A stretch of DNA of 64,000 nucleotides, taken from Raillietiella orientalis. Its lineage: Eukaryota. The stretch lies in the NCBI GenBank assembly GCA_036172245.1, contig JAYWIR010000018.1, forward strand, positions 3,348,001-3,412,000, given 5' to 3'. The notes below the pieces were generated by a model that ran no database searches, was not told the DNA's origin, and saw only the letters and a program-made list of their open reading frames with translations. The position numbers were made by a program, and so were the translations under genes. Of the stretch, positions 51,001 through 64,000 are shown in pieces. How positions within the stretch are numbered: the stretch's first letter is position 1; every line of letters begins with the position of its first letter.

Positions 51001-53022
51001 CTCAGCTGCTCTCGTTCACGATGTCTCTCCCACCGCCGCCATATCCTTCGTTCCCTCATTTCAGAGAAGCCGCGCCTGCTTGTGGAGCACCCGCTGGGCC
51101 AGCTGAGAGACCAGCAGTCCTACGAGTTCGTGTGCCACGCGAGAGAGGCCCGTCCCGTTCCCTCCCTGGTGTGGATCATCCGTAAGTCCCGGGAGCCGCG
51201 GCAGCGTCAGGAAACGCGGTCGGACAGCTGCCGCAGCCGCCTCCTACGGGGGTGACATGGGGGGATCATCTCCTTCTTCCTTTCCCTCCCTTGTCCTTCC
51301 TCCTTCCCAAGGAAATGGGACGGACATCCGGTTCGTCATCCAGACCAGCTCCCAGGAGACCATCATGGACGACCCTGCCAGCCCGGCGAATACGACCTTC
51401 TCGGCGACCAGCATCCTCCATTACCGGGCGTCCTACCTCCATGACGGGTTCAAACTGGTCTGCGTCGCCAACCTGACGGCCAGTGCAGGTGTCTCCCTCA
51501 ATGGACAGAACTTCACTGCTGAATCGGAGTACATCCTCTCCGTGACGTGTAAGCACCTTTCTCTTTCTCTCTCCCCTCCCCCTTTTCCACCGCTTTTTTT
51601 TTTTTTTGCTTTTCCGCAACCAATTCCCCCCTCCTTCCACCGACAGAGGCAAGGTTTATTGGGAAGGATGCGAAGGAGGAGGACAGCTGCAACCCCAATC
51701 CATGCTCTTATTAAGGGTTGAGGGGTGCGGTGCGGCAAAGCGTTCTCCTTCCGTTCCTCTTCTCTTTCCTTGCAGTCTCCCCGAAGCCCTGGAGCGGGTT
51801 CCCGCACGTGGCGCGCCTGCCTTCTAGGAACGCGCACTTAACGGTCTTCTTCGTCTCCAATCCCCCACCCTCCCCGAAGGACATTCGCTGGGAAATCGGG
51901 ACGACAGTGATCAAGTACTGGAGCGATCACGGCAACTTCAAGATACACCCCATCGAGTGTCACCTGGAGGTGAGAGAAGGCGGCCAGAAGCCACCCACCC
52001 CTACACCTTCCAAGGACGACTTTATCGTTTCCCCCCCAGGGCTTCGCCCCGAGCGTCTGCCGGACCGTGCTGAACATGGGAACTGTGTCCGAGGGAGACT
52101 ACAAGCTGACCGTGAGGAACTCCTTGGGGGAAGGTTCCATCGCTATAAAGGTGACTACGGAGAAGGAGGAAGGTGAGGACATCGCCTAGGGGATTGGAAG
52201 GATGGCTCTCGAGAGGCGATCCTCTCACTGCCAGTCCGTTCTCCGCCTCCGCAGGGGATCTTTCCTCGGGTGCCATAGCAGGCATCATTGTCGGCGTCCT
52301 CCTCATCCTGGCCATCATATTCCTCCTCGTCTTCCTAAAGGCAGGGAAGAAGCTGTGCTTCCGAGGTAAACTCCGCGGCGGCGGCGGTAGAGGCGGTAGC
52401 AAAGCATAACGGCAACGAGACCGTAGTCGGGGAGACGGAGGTGGAGGTGCTCCCTTCGCGGTCCTCCCTCACCCAGGCACTGCGAACTGACTTTCCTTGT
52501 TCCTCTCCCAGATGGCTACAGGTACCCGTGGCAGAAGCGACCCTTCAGTCCCGTGTCCACATCTGAAAGGTGCAGTGGAGACGGCAGCAGCGGAAGCGGC
52601 AGAAAAAAGTAATTTCTTCTCCCTCCTTTTCTTTCCTGCTGTCTGGATCCGCGCTCCTCCTCTCATCTACCACTTTTTTTGGCAGGCAAAACCGCTTCCT
52701 GAATCGGAGCCTACTTGGGAGGATACGCGGCAAGGACGTAGACTATCCGACCGAGTCTCCTCCAAGGACGACGATGACTCCAGCGAGTCGGCAGCCTACG
52801 TACCTGACAGCCTCCCAGCTGATCAGCAGCAGCGTCCCACTGAAGGAAACTGCAGGTACCGAACTATCCAGTAAGACTCTGACTGACCTTCACCACTCAG
52901 GGGAGGGCGCTCCGGGCGCTCCCGAGGAAGAGAGCAGAAACCAGCATGACGAGAATGTGCCTTCCAACACCGCGTACGATTCATTGTACACTCCTGTACA
53001 CCCTCAAAATAAAGCCTTTTGA
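48011..53022 (+). CDS. Fasciclin-3-like type I membrane protein with three Ig domains, ~535 aa; exons 48011-48092, 49564-49902, 51065-51181, 51312-51548, 51776-51969, 52040-52172, 52255-52365, 52512-52569, 52686-53022
   Basis: Signal peptide (CLWIVATWALLCAIGRSA), Ig1 LTLSC..CIW..DNGLWKC, Ig2 FVCHAREARPVPSLVW..KLVCVA, Ig3 FVSNPPPS..IRW..YKLTVRNSLG, TM LSSGAIAGIIVGVLLILAIIFLLVFL. All introns are GT-AG and phases sum to an open frame. The cytoplasmic exons are less certain. Confidence 0.85.
50300..50960 (-). mobile_element. RT domains 0-3 fragment, antisense in intron 2 of the Ig gene
   Basis: WSSPGSDWLSH (cf. SSPGPDGLxY) in ORF 50678-50959. SLSQGTAFGPSEAIGDIRASNRSILGGERRR (cf. LSxxQKGFxPxEGCxEH) in ORF 50361-50861. 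Confidence 0.6.
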
Positions 53023-53689
53023 TATGCCTGACTTTTCCTCTTCCCTCCTCCCCCCATCCCCCTCGGGAGGAGTGGTTTCTCCGGGGAATGAGGTTCGGTG
53101 CGAGGGCATTTTCCTTCGCACCGGCCTACGGCTCTTGGAGGTCTCATGAGGAAAACGAGTGGATCATTTCTTGGCCACTAAAGAAGAGAGATCCGTGCTC
53201 CAATCCTCCAAGTCCTGCCACCTTGCCCTGGTGTAGTGGGTCTGGAAACCAGCGCGAGTCTCAAAAGGCTCCTTTCTTCGGATGAAAAGCGCCCAGGGTT
53301 CAAGACTGTTTCCGTAGAGGAGTGTTCTTTTGACTCTATAAATGATCCCAGAAATGTACAAGAAACCTACTTCAGTGGAGGGGATCTTCAAAGTGTAAAG
53401 GATGGGGGAGGGAAGGAAGGGTGATCTTCACCTACTTCACGTCGACAATGGCTCCATGGACTGGGAACGAGGCTGCATCTGACCTCGATCTACACCTCAA
53501 TTCACTGTTCGCTTTAGGGACTGTCTTGTTCTTGTACTGAGGTCCAGAGGTTTTGCAACAGCGACATAATGGGACGATGGTACTCTAAGCCAGATGGGGA
53601 GGAAATCGACAGCCAAGCACACGAGAAAGGAGGATCTGTTTCCAAATCCAAAACGATCAAAATTCCGAAGGATCATAAAAAATAAACAT

Positions 53690-54120
53690 ATTGCTTATTC
53701 TGCATATATTACTAAAGAAACCTATTTTAACAGGTATAATGATTATTATGTATTAGCATCTATTTTATTAATGATAATGTTATCTTAACATCCTTAAGCT
53801 ATATTAAGATGTGTCAGCATACATTTTACTAATATAATTAATAAGTTGTTGATTGATATATGCATATGTTATGATGTATTTGTAATAGATTATTAAAAAT
53901 GAATATACATAGTTATATATAAGCGTATATTTATGTATACATAATATATGTATACATCTATATTGATACATAATCAAAAACTTATTAATTATATTAATAA
54001 AGTGTATGTCAATAAATCTTAATAAGTACATATTTTAAGACAGCATGACCATTAATAATATGCATGTTAACAAATAATAATAACTATATATATCAAAATA
54101 GGTTTGCTTATCACTCTATG
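53690..54120. repeat. AT-rich (TA)-like low-complexity tract
   Basis: Read directly from the sequence. Confidence 0.65.
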
Positions 54121-56550
54121 TAGAATGTGTTTATTTTTTGTAATCTGTCGGGATTTTGATCCGCACTGGAGGAAGTCATGAAATGATGTAATCTTTGGAC
54201 TGGGTACTCCCACTGCCATTCGAGACCAGACGCGAGGAACATATCGCAAGTAACAAACCCTATATCAGAGAGTGGCAGGATGACAGCCCCAGATACCCCT
54301 GATTAGGTCTGACACACATGAGTAGTGACCCTTGTCCAGTTAGAGTTAGTTTCGTTTGGAATAGCAGGGGGAAAACTATTTTGAGATCTCACTAGTCGAG
54401 TCCGTAATTGATAGGAAGCAATTCTGGGCAATAGTGTACAGGTGGTGAGGAGCGTCTTCCAGGCTTCCCTGGCATCGGACTGGAAGTTCTCATTACTTGT
54501 TCCGTCAAGCAACGCGTCCATTTTCCCAGTCAGAAAAACAGGCATCAGCCCTGGACAGAGTTCCATTCACTGCCTTAACACGTCTCCGGCTGACTCATAG
54601 ACCCCTGCTGTTTAAGTAGCTTGAAAGCAAAACCAACTATCATTAGCTATGTCTTCCCTTCTATCAACGTCGGACTCAGAGAACCTCATGACTATTCCTA
54701 ATGGGTATTCCAGAACGCTATTCTAGCCCAATGTGAACTGATCACGGCATGTCCATATTAGCTTCAAATGATTCTTGTAGCAGAGACAACCGTCTTCCCA
54801 GAGTGTCTCTGTTGCTCACCTATGCACGGCCCTCCTCACACGCAGATCTTGATGAGTCGTTATGATAACCACTCGCTCTGCTGCACTCTCTAGCAGGAGC
54901 TCTTTTGGAATGCATCCTGGCTCCCTTCGAATTTCTGGATAAATGCCTTCCTTGGAATACTAGCTTTTTGACTGCGTGCCATGATTTCTGCAGTATCACG
55001 AGATCTACAACCACTTCCTTCTGGACAACCCGACAACCGGACTGGCATTTTGCTGTCAGCATTTTTCAAGAAGAACACTCCAAACACTTTGCATTTCTAA
55101 CCTCCCTGATCCCAACGCCGCTCTACCTGCTGGCACACCCTCTTAGATCCTGATGGAAAAGCTTTCACATCTCTCACAAGTCTGCGCAAGAGCAGCAAAG
55201 CTGAGGAGTCAACTCGTAACCAGATCGGTAGAGAAGTCTCCAGTCTCTCAGGTCCTCGAGAACGGAGCAGCAGAAATTCTTGCCAGCTCTCGGTTTCGAA
55301 ACGAGGAAAAAACCGTTCTAGGAACGCAATCGGCCCGACATTCTTCAGTTAATCCCGGAATGAAGATGGGCAAAGGACGAGGAAAACAGACGGCGTGGGT
55401 GAACTGGAGCTCGACGACTTATTCGGAAATGCATTCTTGAAGACCTGCAACCTCTGCGTTCTTGGTCCATGCAAATGATTCTCCCTTTCTCTCTCTCTTC
55501 TTCTGAGACCTGGAGAACCCGAGCCTTCAAGAAATGAACATTTCTTGAATACTTCATCAAAGACTTTTTCAAAGCAAAGACATGACCCCCTCGTTCTTTT
55601 TCGAATTCCACACTTTGACCTCACCGTTGGGGCGGATGGGCGAAGTGAACCACCGTCCGAGGTGGCGAGACGGAGTGCAAGGGGGAGGGAGGAGAGAGAT
55701 TCTAGGATAGACTGTGATTCTCGAGGGAGTTTCTCCTAGGACGGAGTATTTGCTGTTCGAGTACTCATTATTCCTCTCCTGAATTGATCCTTTCGTTTTT
55801 TGGAACTCTCGCATTACACTGCCATTTTCCGGGTCCCATGAACTACGACGGTCACTCGTGGTTATGCAGGTACTCCTTTTGCGGCGAATGAGCCAATCCT
55901 CGGTACTCGTTTTCTTTGCGTCATCTTGCCTTTTTCTGGTTGTTGCTATTGACGACTCACAGAGGCAAGTACAATCACTCTTCCTCGTCTAGAGCACGAG
56001 ATCCGGTGGCAGTTTAGAATCTGCTCCCTGGATGAGTTGGATCGAAACCTTCAGAGTTCCCAATGTTCCTTGGTAGCCCTTTTAATCTTGGCTATCAGTT
56101 CTTCGCTCTTTTCAGTGATCTCCAGTCCACTCCTTGACCGCCTTGGAGATTGATATACTGGCTACTAACAACAACGATAAGATCTGGATCCCAAAATGAA
56201 ATGAACGCCAAAGTGCAGAAAGTGGACTTCAAAGTGCCAAACAATACAAAGATTTATCCCTGCCGAATTTTCTGGACTCTAGTCGGAAACTTCCTTTTCG
56301 AAGGCTGTCCGTCCTTTTCCAGTCCTTTTCCGTTCCAGCATGCTGCAGTGCTTGACAGAGATGTTCAGCACCTGCTGTAGAACGAGAACAAATCACTGGG
56401 ACTATTTTCTGAAGCTTAGGTTCTCTTTCTCGGGAAAAAGAAAGCAAGAAGCTAAAAAACGGACATCTAGGCAGTTCTCTTGACCTCATCGTTCTGTGAC
56501 CAAAGGTCTCTGGTACCGGATGCCTCCAGCCGATCAGTCGGCATTGTTTG
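54100..56550 (-). mobile_element. Decayed Ulp1-like plus RT fragment
   Basis: LHFGVHFIL (~56190-56220), HLSRNSKG (ORF 54820-55062) and LLPRIASYQLRT (ORF 54303-54566). Confidence 0.45.
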
Positions 56551-57049
56551 CAAGCATAAATATTGAAAGCTACAAGCCATTTTTTTTTGGCAATATTTAC
56601 GGGTTGCATATTTTTCTCACATTTTAATCCTTCAGATTACCATATTATAAAATATTACAGAACATATCGCATCATAGAATACCATTTTCTAGAATATACC
56701 ATATTATATATTCCAAACATTTATCGTATTCATAAATCAGAGCACATCTTCAATTCTCAAGATATTATCACAAATGTTATATTCCTTTTTTCTAATTACT
56801 TTTGATTAGATAAAAGTGTAATATCGTGCATTAATAAGAAATGTTATATTACATAATATTCCTTTATCACTGTTTTGCTAAAACTAAATTACATATTTAT
56901 ATAATTTAAAATATGCAAATCAAACATTGTAATACATTTAGAAAGATTTTTTCAATCATGTACCCTTGATTTAAAAAATTGTCAGAGAGAGCATTTCATT
57001 TCTTAAAGTTTTTAAGAAATGAAATGTACTCGTTTGACAGTCCCCGTAG

Positions 57050-57500
57050 GTGATATCATGGAGGCATCGTCGAAGGACTCTTCAAGAGATGAACGGTTCT
57101 TGAAATCGTATCGCATCCAAAAAGGATCGCTACTATTGACCTAGGAATAGCAGCGATACTAGGCCAATAGTAACGATCTTCTAGCGCAGCCACTACTAAG
57201 CTTTCAACAAAAAAAAAAAATTCAAAGTTACACTTCAACACAGTTTTCGTAAAATAAAGAATTCAGCCTGAGGAGGGGTTCCCGGCAATGGAGATCACCT
57301 CCACCCTGGTTGTCTTTGAGGGACCCGAAGGGAATCCCCTTCCTTATTTTTTTCGGAAGGACCCCTGTGAGGTCTGCTCCATTTTTTCTTCTCCGGAGGG
57401 CCACCCGCAAGGGAACCGTTCCTGTTTACTCCTCTGAAGAGAACCCCGAAGAGACGCTCCCGCTGTTACCATGAAGTTCAGAAATAGGGATCGGAGTGGA
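57050..57500 (-). mobile_element. Short RT domains 4-5 fragment
   Basis: LTGVLPKKIRKGIPFGS (cf. TxxIPxxxGVKQGCPLS), followed by LVVAALEDR (cf. LAYADD). Confidence 0.45.
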
Positions 57501-60500
57501 ATTAAGACTAGCATGCGCTCGGTAATGTGGAAGACCTATCAAGAATAAGGGAAGACCCTTAGAAGCATGCAACTAAATTCAAGAGATGGCAAAAAAGAAT
57601 ATTGATGCCATAACATCTATGGTCTCGTTGAAGTAAGGGTGTAAATTAGGTTGATGAAGTTCTTGGGGGGCAAATGAAGAGTGAGACATAAGAAGAAGGT
57701 CCTCCTTATTTTATTCAATTTATTAGAATCGTCAGAAAATAGTTTGTAACTGCAACGAGAAATGGCTTGCCTGCAGAATCAAGCTCATATGCACCGATAT
57801 AAGCGATCGTCACTCTTTTGATCAGTGCTGTACAATACAAGGGAAATATGATTTATTTACTACTTCTGATCAGTGCTTTATGGCTCAAATAAGTTTTGGG
57901 AGATTGAAAGTAGTGTTTTATCGTTATCGTTGTTGATCGAAAGTTTGCGTGTGGAGTGTACTCCGGCTCACATGAAATCTATACTTTCATGACGCTTTAA
58001 TTTTCATAGCTCACTCTTCCTCCCAAGTGTGTACTGATCAAAATGCATGTTTTATGAAGAAGAGTTTCCAATAAATCGTTTACTAATAAGGCAAGAGTTT
58101 CCAATATGTCCAGCAAGTGTGTTGGTTCTTTGTTCTTTCCGTTTCTGCAACGCAAGAAAGAACTAGCAAAGGGATTGTATCTGATGTTCATCTTCGGAAG
58201 GTACTTTCGATAGGTTTGCTTCCGCATGAAGTCTTTAATAAGAGTGTCAAAAATCAGCGATTCACACGTCTTGACTATCTTCACATTATAACATTGAAGC
58301 CTTTCCAGAGTGTACGAAAATCTGAGGTCCGAAATCATTTGCTCAACAAAGAAACGGAGTTACTGCAACCTGACTCCTCTCCTTGATTTACGAACAAACA
58401 GTAGCCAAAATCATCTTAGAAGACTACAAGACTTTTCAGTGATTGTGGAGCTTTGTATTTAGGAATCTTCATAAAGTCTCTCAGTCATCTTACAAGATCA
58501 ACACCCTTACACTGAGGTGCAAAAGGTTTTCAAATGCTTATCAAGCTTTTATGTCTGTTGCAAACCATTATAATTCAAAGTGACCGGAGTCCATAAGTCC
58601 ATATCTTCACAAGCTGCATAATTCACATTTTTTATCACTACATTGCATCTAATGCGCATTTTGTTTCTCGATTCTGAATGCATCAAGAAATAAGTTTCAG
58701 ATAGTAAATCAAAACATGGATTAGAAATAATTAATGACATTTTCTCAGACTGTAGCCCTTTTCCTTTTTCGCATATTTGATAAATTATCTCCATAGCTGA
58801 ATAATGATATAAATCTAAACCCACTTTTTCATCCATGACATCATGGAATGCTTCCAAATTCTTTGTCATATTTAAGAACAACTGTTGAAGTCTTTCGTTC
58901 TTTTATTTTTCTAATTATGATTTATCCAGAATTTGTCCTTCAGGATGCTGCTAACCACACTATTCTTCCAAAGACTTGATTGAGATTCTTTTCCTTGAGG
59001 AATATGGAATTTCAAACCCTTGTAAATTTTCATATTCTTGCACAGAATCTAACAAAGCGCTTCAGTCTTGGTGGTCTCTGTATAGCATACATCAATTAGG
59101 CAATAAGTTCAACATCTGCCCTTGCTAGTCCTAACCAATGACTTCAAATAACAGTTATTTTTTCTTGCTGTCCCACATCCTTACTTCTGTTTGCATATCC
59201 CTGTTATTCTTTGCTTCCTTTATCTAGATGTCCTGGAATTTGGTGAATTAATTTCTGTGAGCAACCTTAATGGTAGGCTTGAATCCAAACTCCTTTTCAG
59301 TTGTATTTCTCTACGTGCTTCCTGAAAGCAAATTTTAGAATTTATGCATGTAGCTTTTTGTTTCTCATTCTTTCTATGAATAATTTTTTTTTAAGGAAAT
59401 TTGGATATACGTTCTGTAAAACAGTACCTTTAGAATCTTGATATCTGAGAATTGTTGCCGTTTCATAAAATAGTATTATAAAGAATTGCACAAAAGACAG
59501 ATCAAATGGCCTTTCCTGTTTTAAATTATTTTCCCTTTTTCTTATCTAGGGTAGTCACCCAATATCCTATGATGGCATGGTTGAAGAAAAAAAATGATTC
59601 ATCATAGTTGGAAAAGTCGATTGTAGCAAGTTCTTCGTGATGAAACGCTATATAATATAGTGTCCATACAAGAAAACTCTAACCATACCCATCAGTAATT
59701 AAGTGATCGGTGCCTGAACCTATGAAGAAATTAAATCAAAAGTGGAAAGATCGGACTGATGTGAATTATGAAATTACCATTCCATATCTATTCTACAAAT
59801 TAATTAAATAGAAAGTGATAAATCAGTCCTGAATAATGGCTTCCTGTTTTTTGAATAGAGTTTGGGATAAATCCATTAACAATTAGAACATGACATCTAA
59901 TGTGGCTCCGGTTTTTGCAATGAAAAAGGTCACTGTGTTCCTGCGTCTGACGACTTGGTACAAAACATGGCATCCCATGTGCGGTGCATGCTGCGCTTTT
60001 TGTGGTTCTACACGCCTTGTCACAAATAGAAAAACTCATCAGAATTATAAAATAAGCTGTGATTTATCGATGCAAGTAGCTTGTTTCCTGTTGGGTTTCT
60101 CAGCCTCTCAGGCACGAGCCTGTGTTGTCGATAACGCGATAGCGTGCAATTGATGACCAGAGAAGCGATTAAGTTCTCTTGATTGCAATTTAGTCAGCTA
60201 TTTTACAGTAAAAGAGGGTGGGTGATGAATGCTTATTCAAACTATGAGAACAAAGTACAAATTGGAAGGGCATGTTCATTCTGTTTGGTAGTAACATCTT
60301 GGCAACTGCAAACAATTTTTTATACTGCTACTTTCTCATAAATAGTTCGTTTCTCCCATCGAGTCATCTTGTATGAATCGGTTAGTTACGGATAATTCTG
60401 TTTGGGAGATGGCACAAGATTCAGAATTGTGAAGTAAAACTTATGAAGAATTCATAATTTCTATTTTACAATTTCAACTTACATAGTATATCCTGTTGAT

Positions 60501-60824
60501 GGAATGCCTCCAAACCAGTCTGCATTGAAGTGAACTAGAACGAAAACGTGGATGAAGCCTGCATGTTTTTGTATTAAAATTTTTTGGTATTAGTTTCGTT
60601 GGAATTGCACATGCTTGAATGCATATATTGGCATTCACATTCGTAGAGCAAAAAAGATAACGAAATAATCATTTGGGAACTTTAGAATCAGTTGTTAACT
60701 TGAATTAAAATGAAAAATTAATACTTAACTAAGTGCTAATGTTTTATTAGAAATAGTTTACATTGCAATTAACAAATCAAACTCCAAACGTTGAACCACC
60801 GATATTTTTCCAAAGGATAGTACA

Positions 60825-61662
60825 ATGGCACCTAAGAAATTGGATGACAAGGAATTTATGAATATCATAAAGTATGGTATCATACTAAACTTTTTTGTTT
60901 ATTTATTATTGTATTATAGGGATGTAGATGCTAATACTGTTGTTGTTGTTCATTTTGAAGCCAATTGGGCACAACAGTGCCAACAGATCAATGATGTTCT
61001 AGAGGACTTAGCAGCTGATAACAACTTGAAAGTAAATCTAATACTAACTTTATTGAATTGCTTATGCATATCTAGAATGTGCATTTCTATAGCATTGATG
61101 CAGACAAATTCCCTACAACATGCAAACAGCACAATATCATAGCTGTCCCTACAGTGGTGTGCTTTCAAAGTGGACAGGAACAAGATCGAGTAGAAGGAGC
61201 CAGGGTGGCAGAATTGTCTAAAAAAGTGAAAATGCAGGTCTGTTCTCCATTTTCAATCTCATCTGATATTCCCTGTCTTCATAGGCAAACAAAGCATCAC
61301 TGTGCTCCAAACCACTTGTTGAGAAAGAAAAAACATATGTATCTACTAGTGAAATTAAAGATGATAAGTGGCTGCAGTCACTTATTTCCCGTTCTCCTAT
61401 TATGCTGTTCATGAAGGGAACTCCAGAAAATCCTCGTTGTGGATTCAGCAACCAGATTGTGTCTATTTTGCAGTGTGAAGGCGCCACTTTTGATTATTTT
61501 GATATTTTAACTGACAATGAAGTGCGGGAAGGTCTAAAGCAACTTTCAGAATGGCCTACATATCCCCAGTTATATGTCAATGGGGAACTGATTGGAGGTT
61601 TGGATATTGTGAAAACCTTAAAAGAATCTGGTACTTTGAAAGAAGCTTTGAATCTCAAATAA
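60825..61662 (+). CDS. GLRX3: Glutaredoxin-3 (PICOT), thioredoxin-like domain plus one monothiol Grx domain, 232 aa; exons 60825-60871, 60920-61031, 61076-61237, 61285-61662
   Basis: [57 protein letters not shown]. Introns are GT-AG (48, 44, 47 nt) with matching phases. Confidence 0.97.
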
Positions 61663-61701
61663 AAATAGAACTCCTGATATTGTCAAGTCAATGTCTTCAC
61701 T

Positions 61702-63189
<1,488 letters not shown>

Positions 63190-64000
63190 CTCGATCAAAA
63201 ATGTTGCAAAATCTTGGTTTCCGCTCTATGATTCACCCACGAAGATCTCTTCCATGGGGGGCCAAAAATGTCTATTTTCAATTAGCATGATAGCTCTAAG
63301 TTGCATTCAGAGATATAATCTATATCAACATTCGGAACCCAATTCCAAACCACACTGGTGACGATCTATTCTACATCACAAACAGTATTTTTAACCTTTC
63401 GGTGTTCTTAGATCGTATCATATAATTGCAAAAATTCATTGCTTGCATTTTTGTTTCGAATCTGTACCATAAGATGAAAACACGGGCGTGTTTTACACTA
63501 GATTGATGTTAAAACATCCGCGTGTTCTACCTGTCCCCAGACAGTCATTCATAAGCAATGCCTGTCGTCAAATTGGTAATATAGAATTCTATTTTCATAT
63601 AAAGCTAATACTGATTTTATTTATTACGCTAACTTTATTAGTAATAATAACTCCCTCTATTAGGCTACTGTGACCTAGGAATGTGCTTGTTCATTTGAAC
63701 AGGTGCTTAGTTTTTTTCAAGATGAAACAAGCGTGAATTAAAGGAATTCTCATTACCACGTACTTTTATTCGAAGACAGGAAAAACTGGCAAAACACACA
63801 CACGATGCTCACTTTTGATGGTAAGTTTTATTGAGGCAACGTGTGTGCAAATTGGCCAACACTTCAGCAAAGAAATTCAAAATGCTTGCATGGGAATGTT
63901 AATTATATGCAAGCATTCTTGCATTAGGAGGCAGATTTTCGGAAAACTTATTTTATGGATTGGGCACCGCGAATTACCGACGTAGTTAATCGAAGTTACT

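Overview
Eukaryotic genomic DNA from an invertebrate animal, probably an arthropod. It is not prokaryotic: I see no CRISPR array, rRNA or tRNA. Four intact spliced genes can be rebuilt by hand with GT-AG introns and consistent phases: an ER FKBP14/FKBP7-type isomerase (+, 37134-42512), a Fasciclin-3-like three-Ig-domain membrane protein (+, 48011-53022), glutaredoxin-3 (+, 60825-61662) and mitochondrial Phe-tRNA ligase (-, 61702-63189). Many introns are only 40-57 nt. Most of 1-32.5 kb, plus several patches in 43-57.5 kb, consists of nested, heavily decayed copies of a NeSL/Utopia-like non-LTR retrotransposon (R2 superclade, restriction-like endonuclease). The most interesting signal is that several independent copies seem to share one collinear order: gag-like CCHC knuckle, AP-endonuclease-like domain, Ulp1-like cysteine protease, RT, CCHC, restriction-like endonuclease. 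That would make it a candidate dual-endonuclease retrotransposon in an animal. A 29-nt match to the U2 snRNA 5' end sits directly in front of one endonuclease fragment. Domain calls in the decayed copies come from motifs read by eye, and element boundaries are approximate (plus or minus a few hundred nt). Two AT-rich, gene-like stretches (32.5-37.0 kb and 57.7-60.7 kb) could not be identified.
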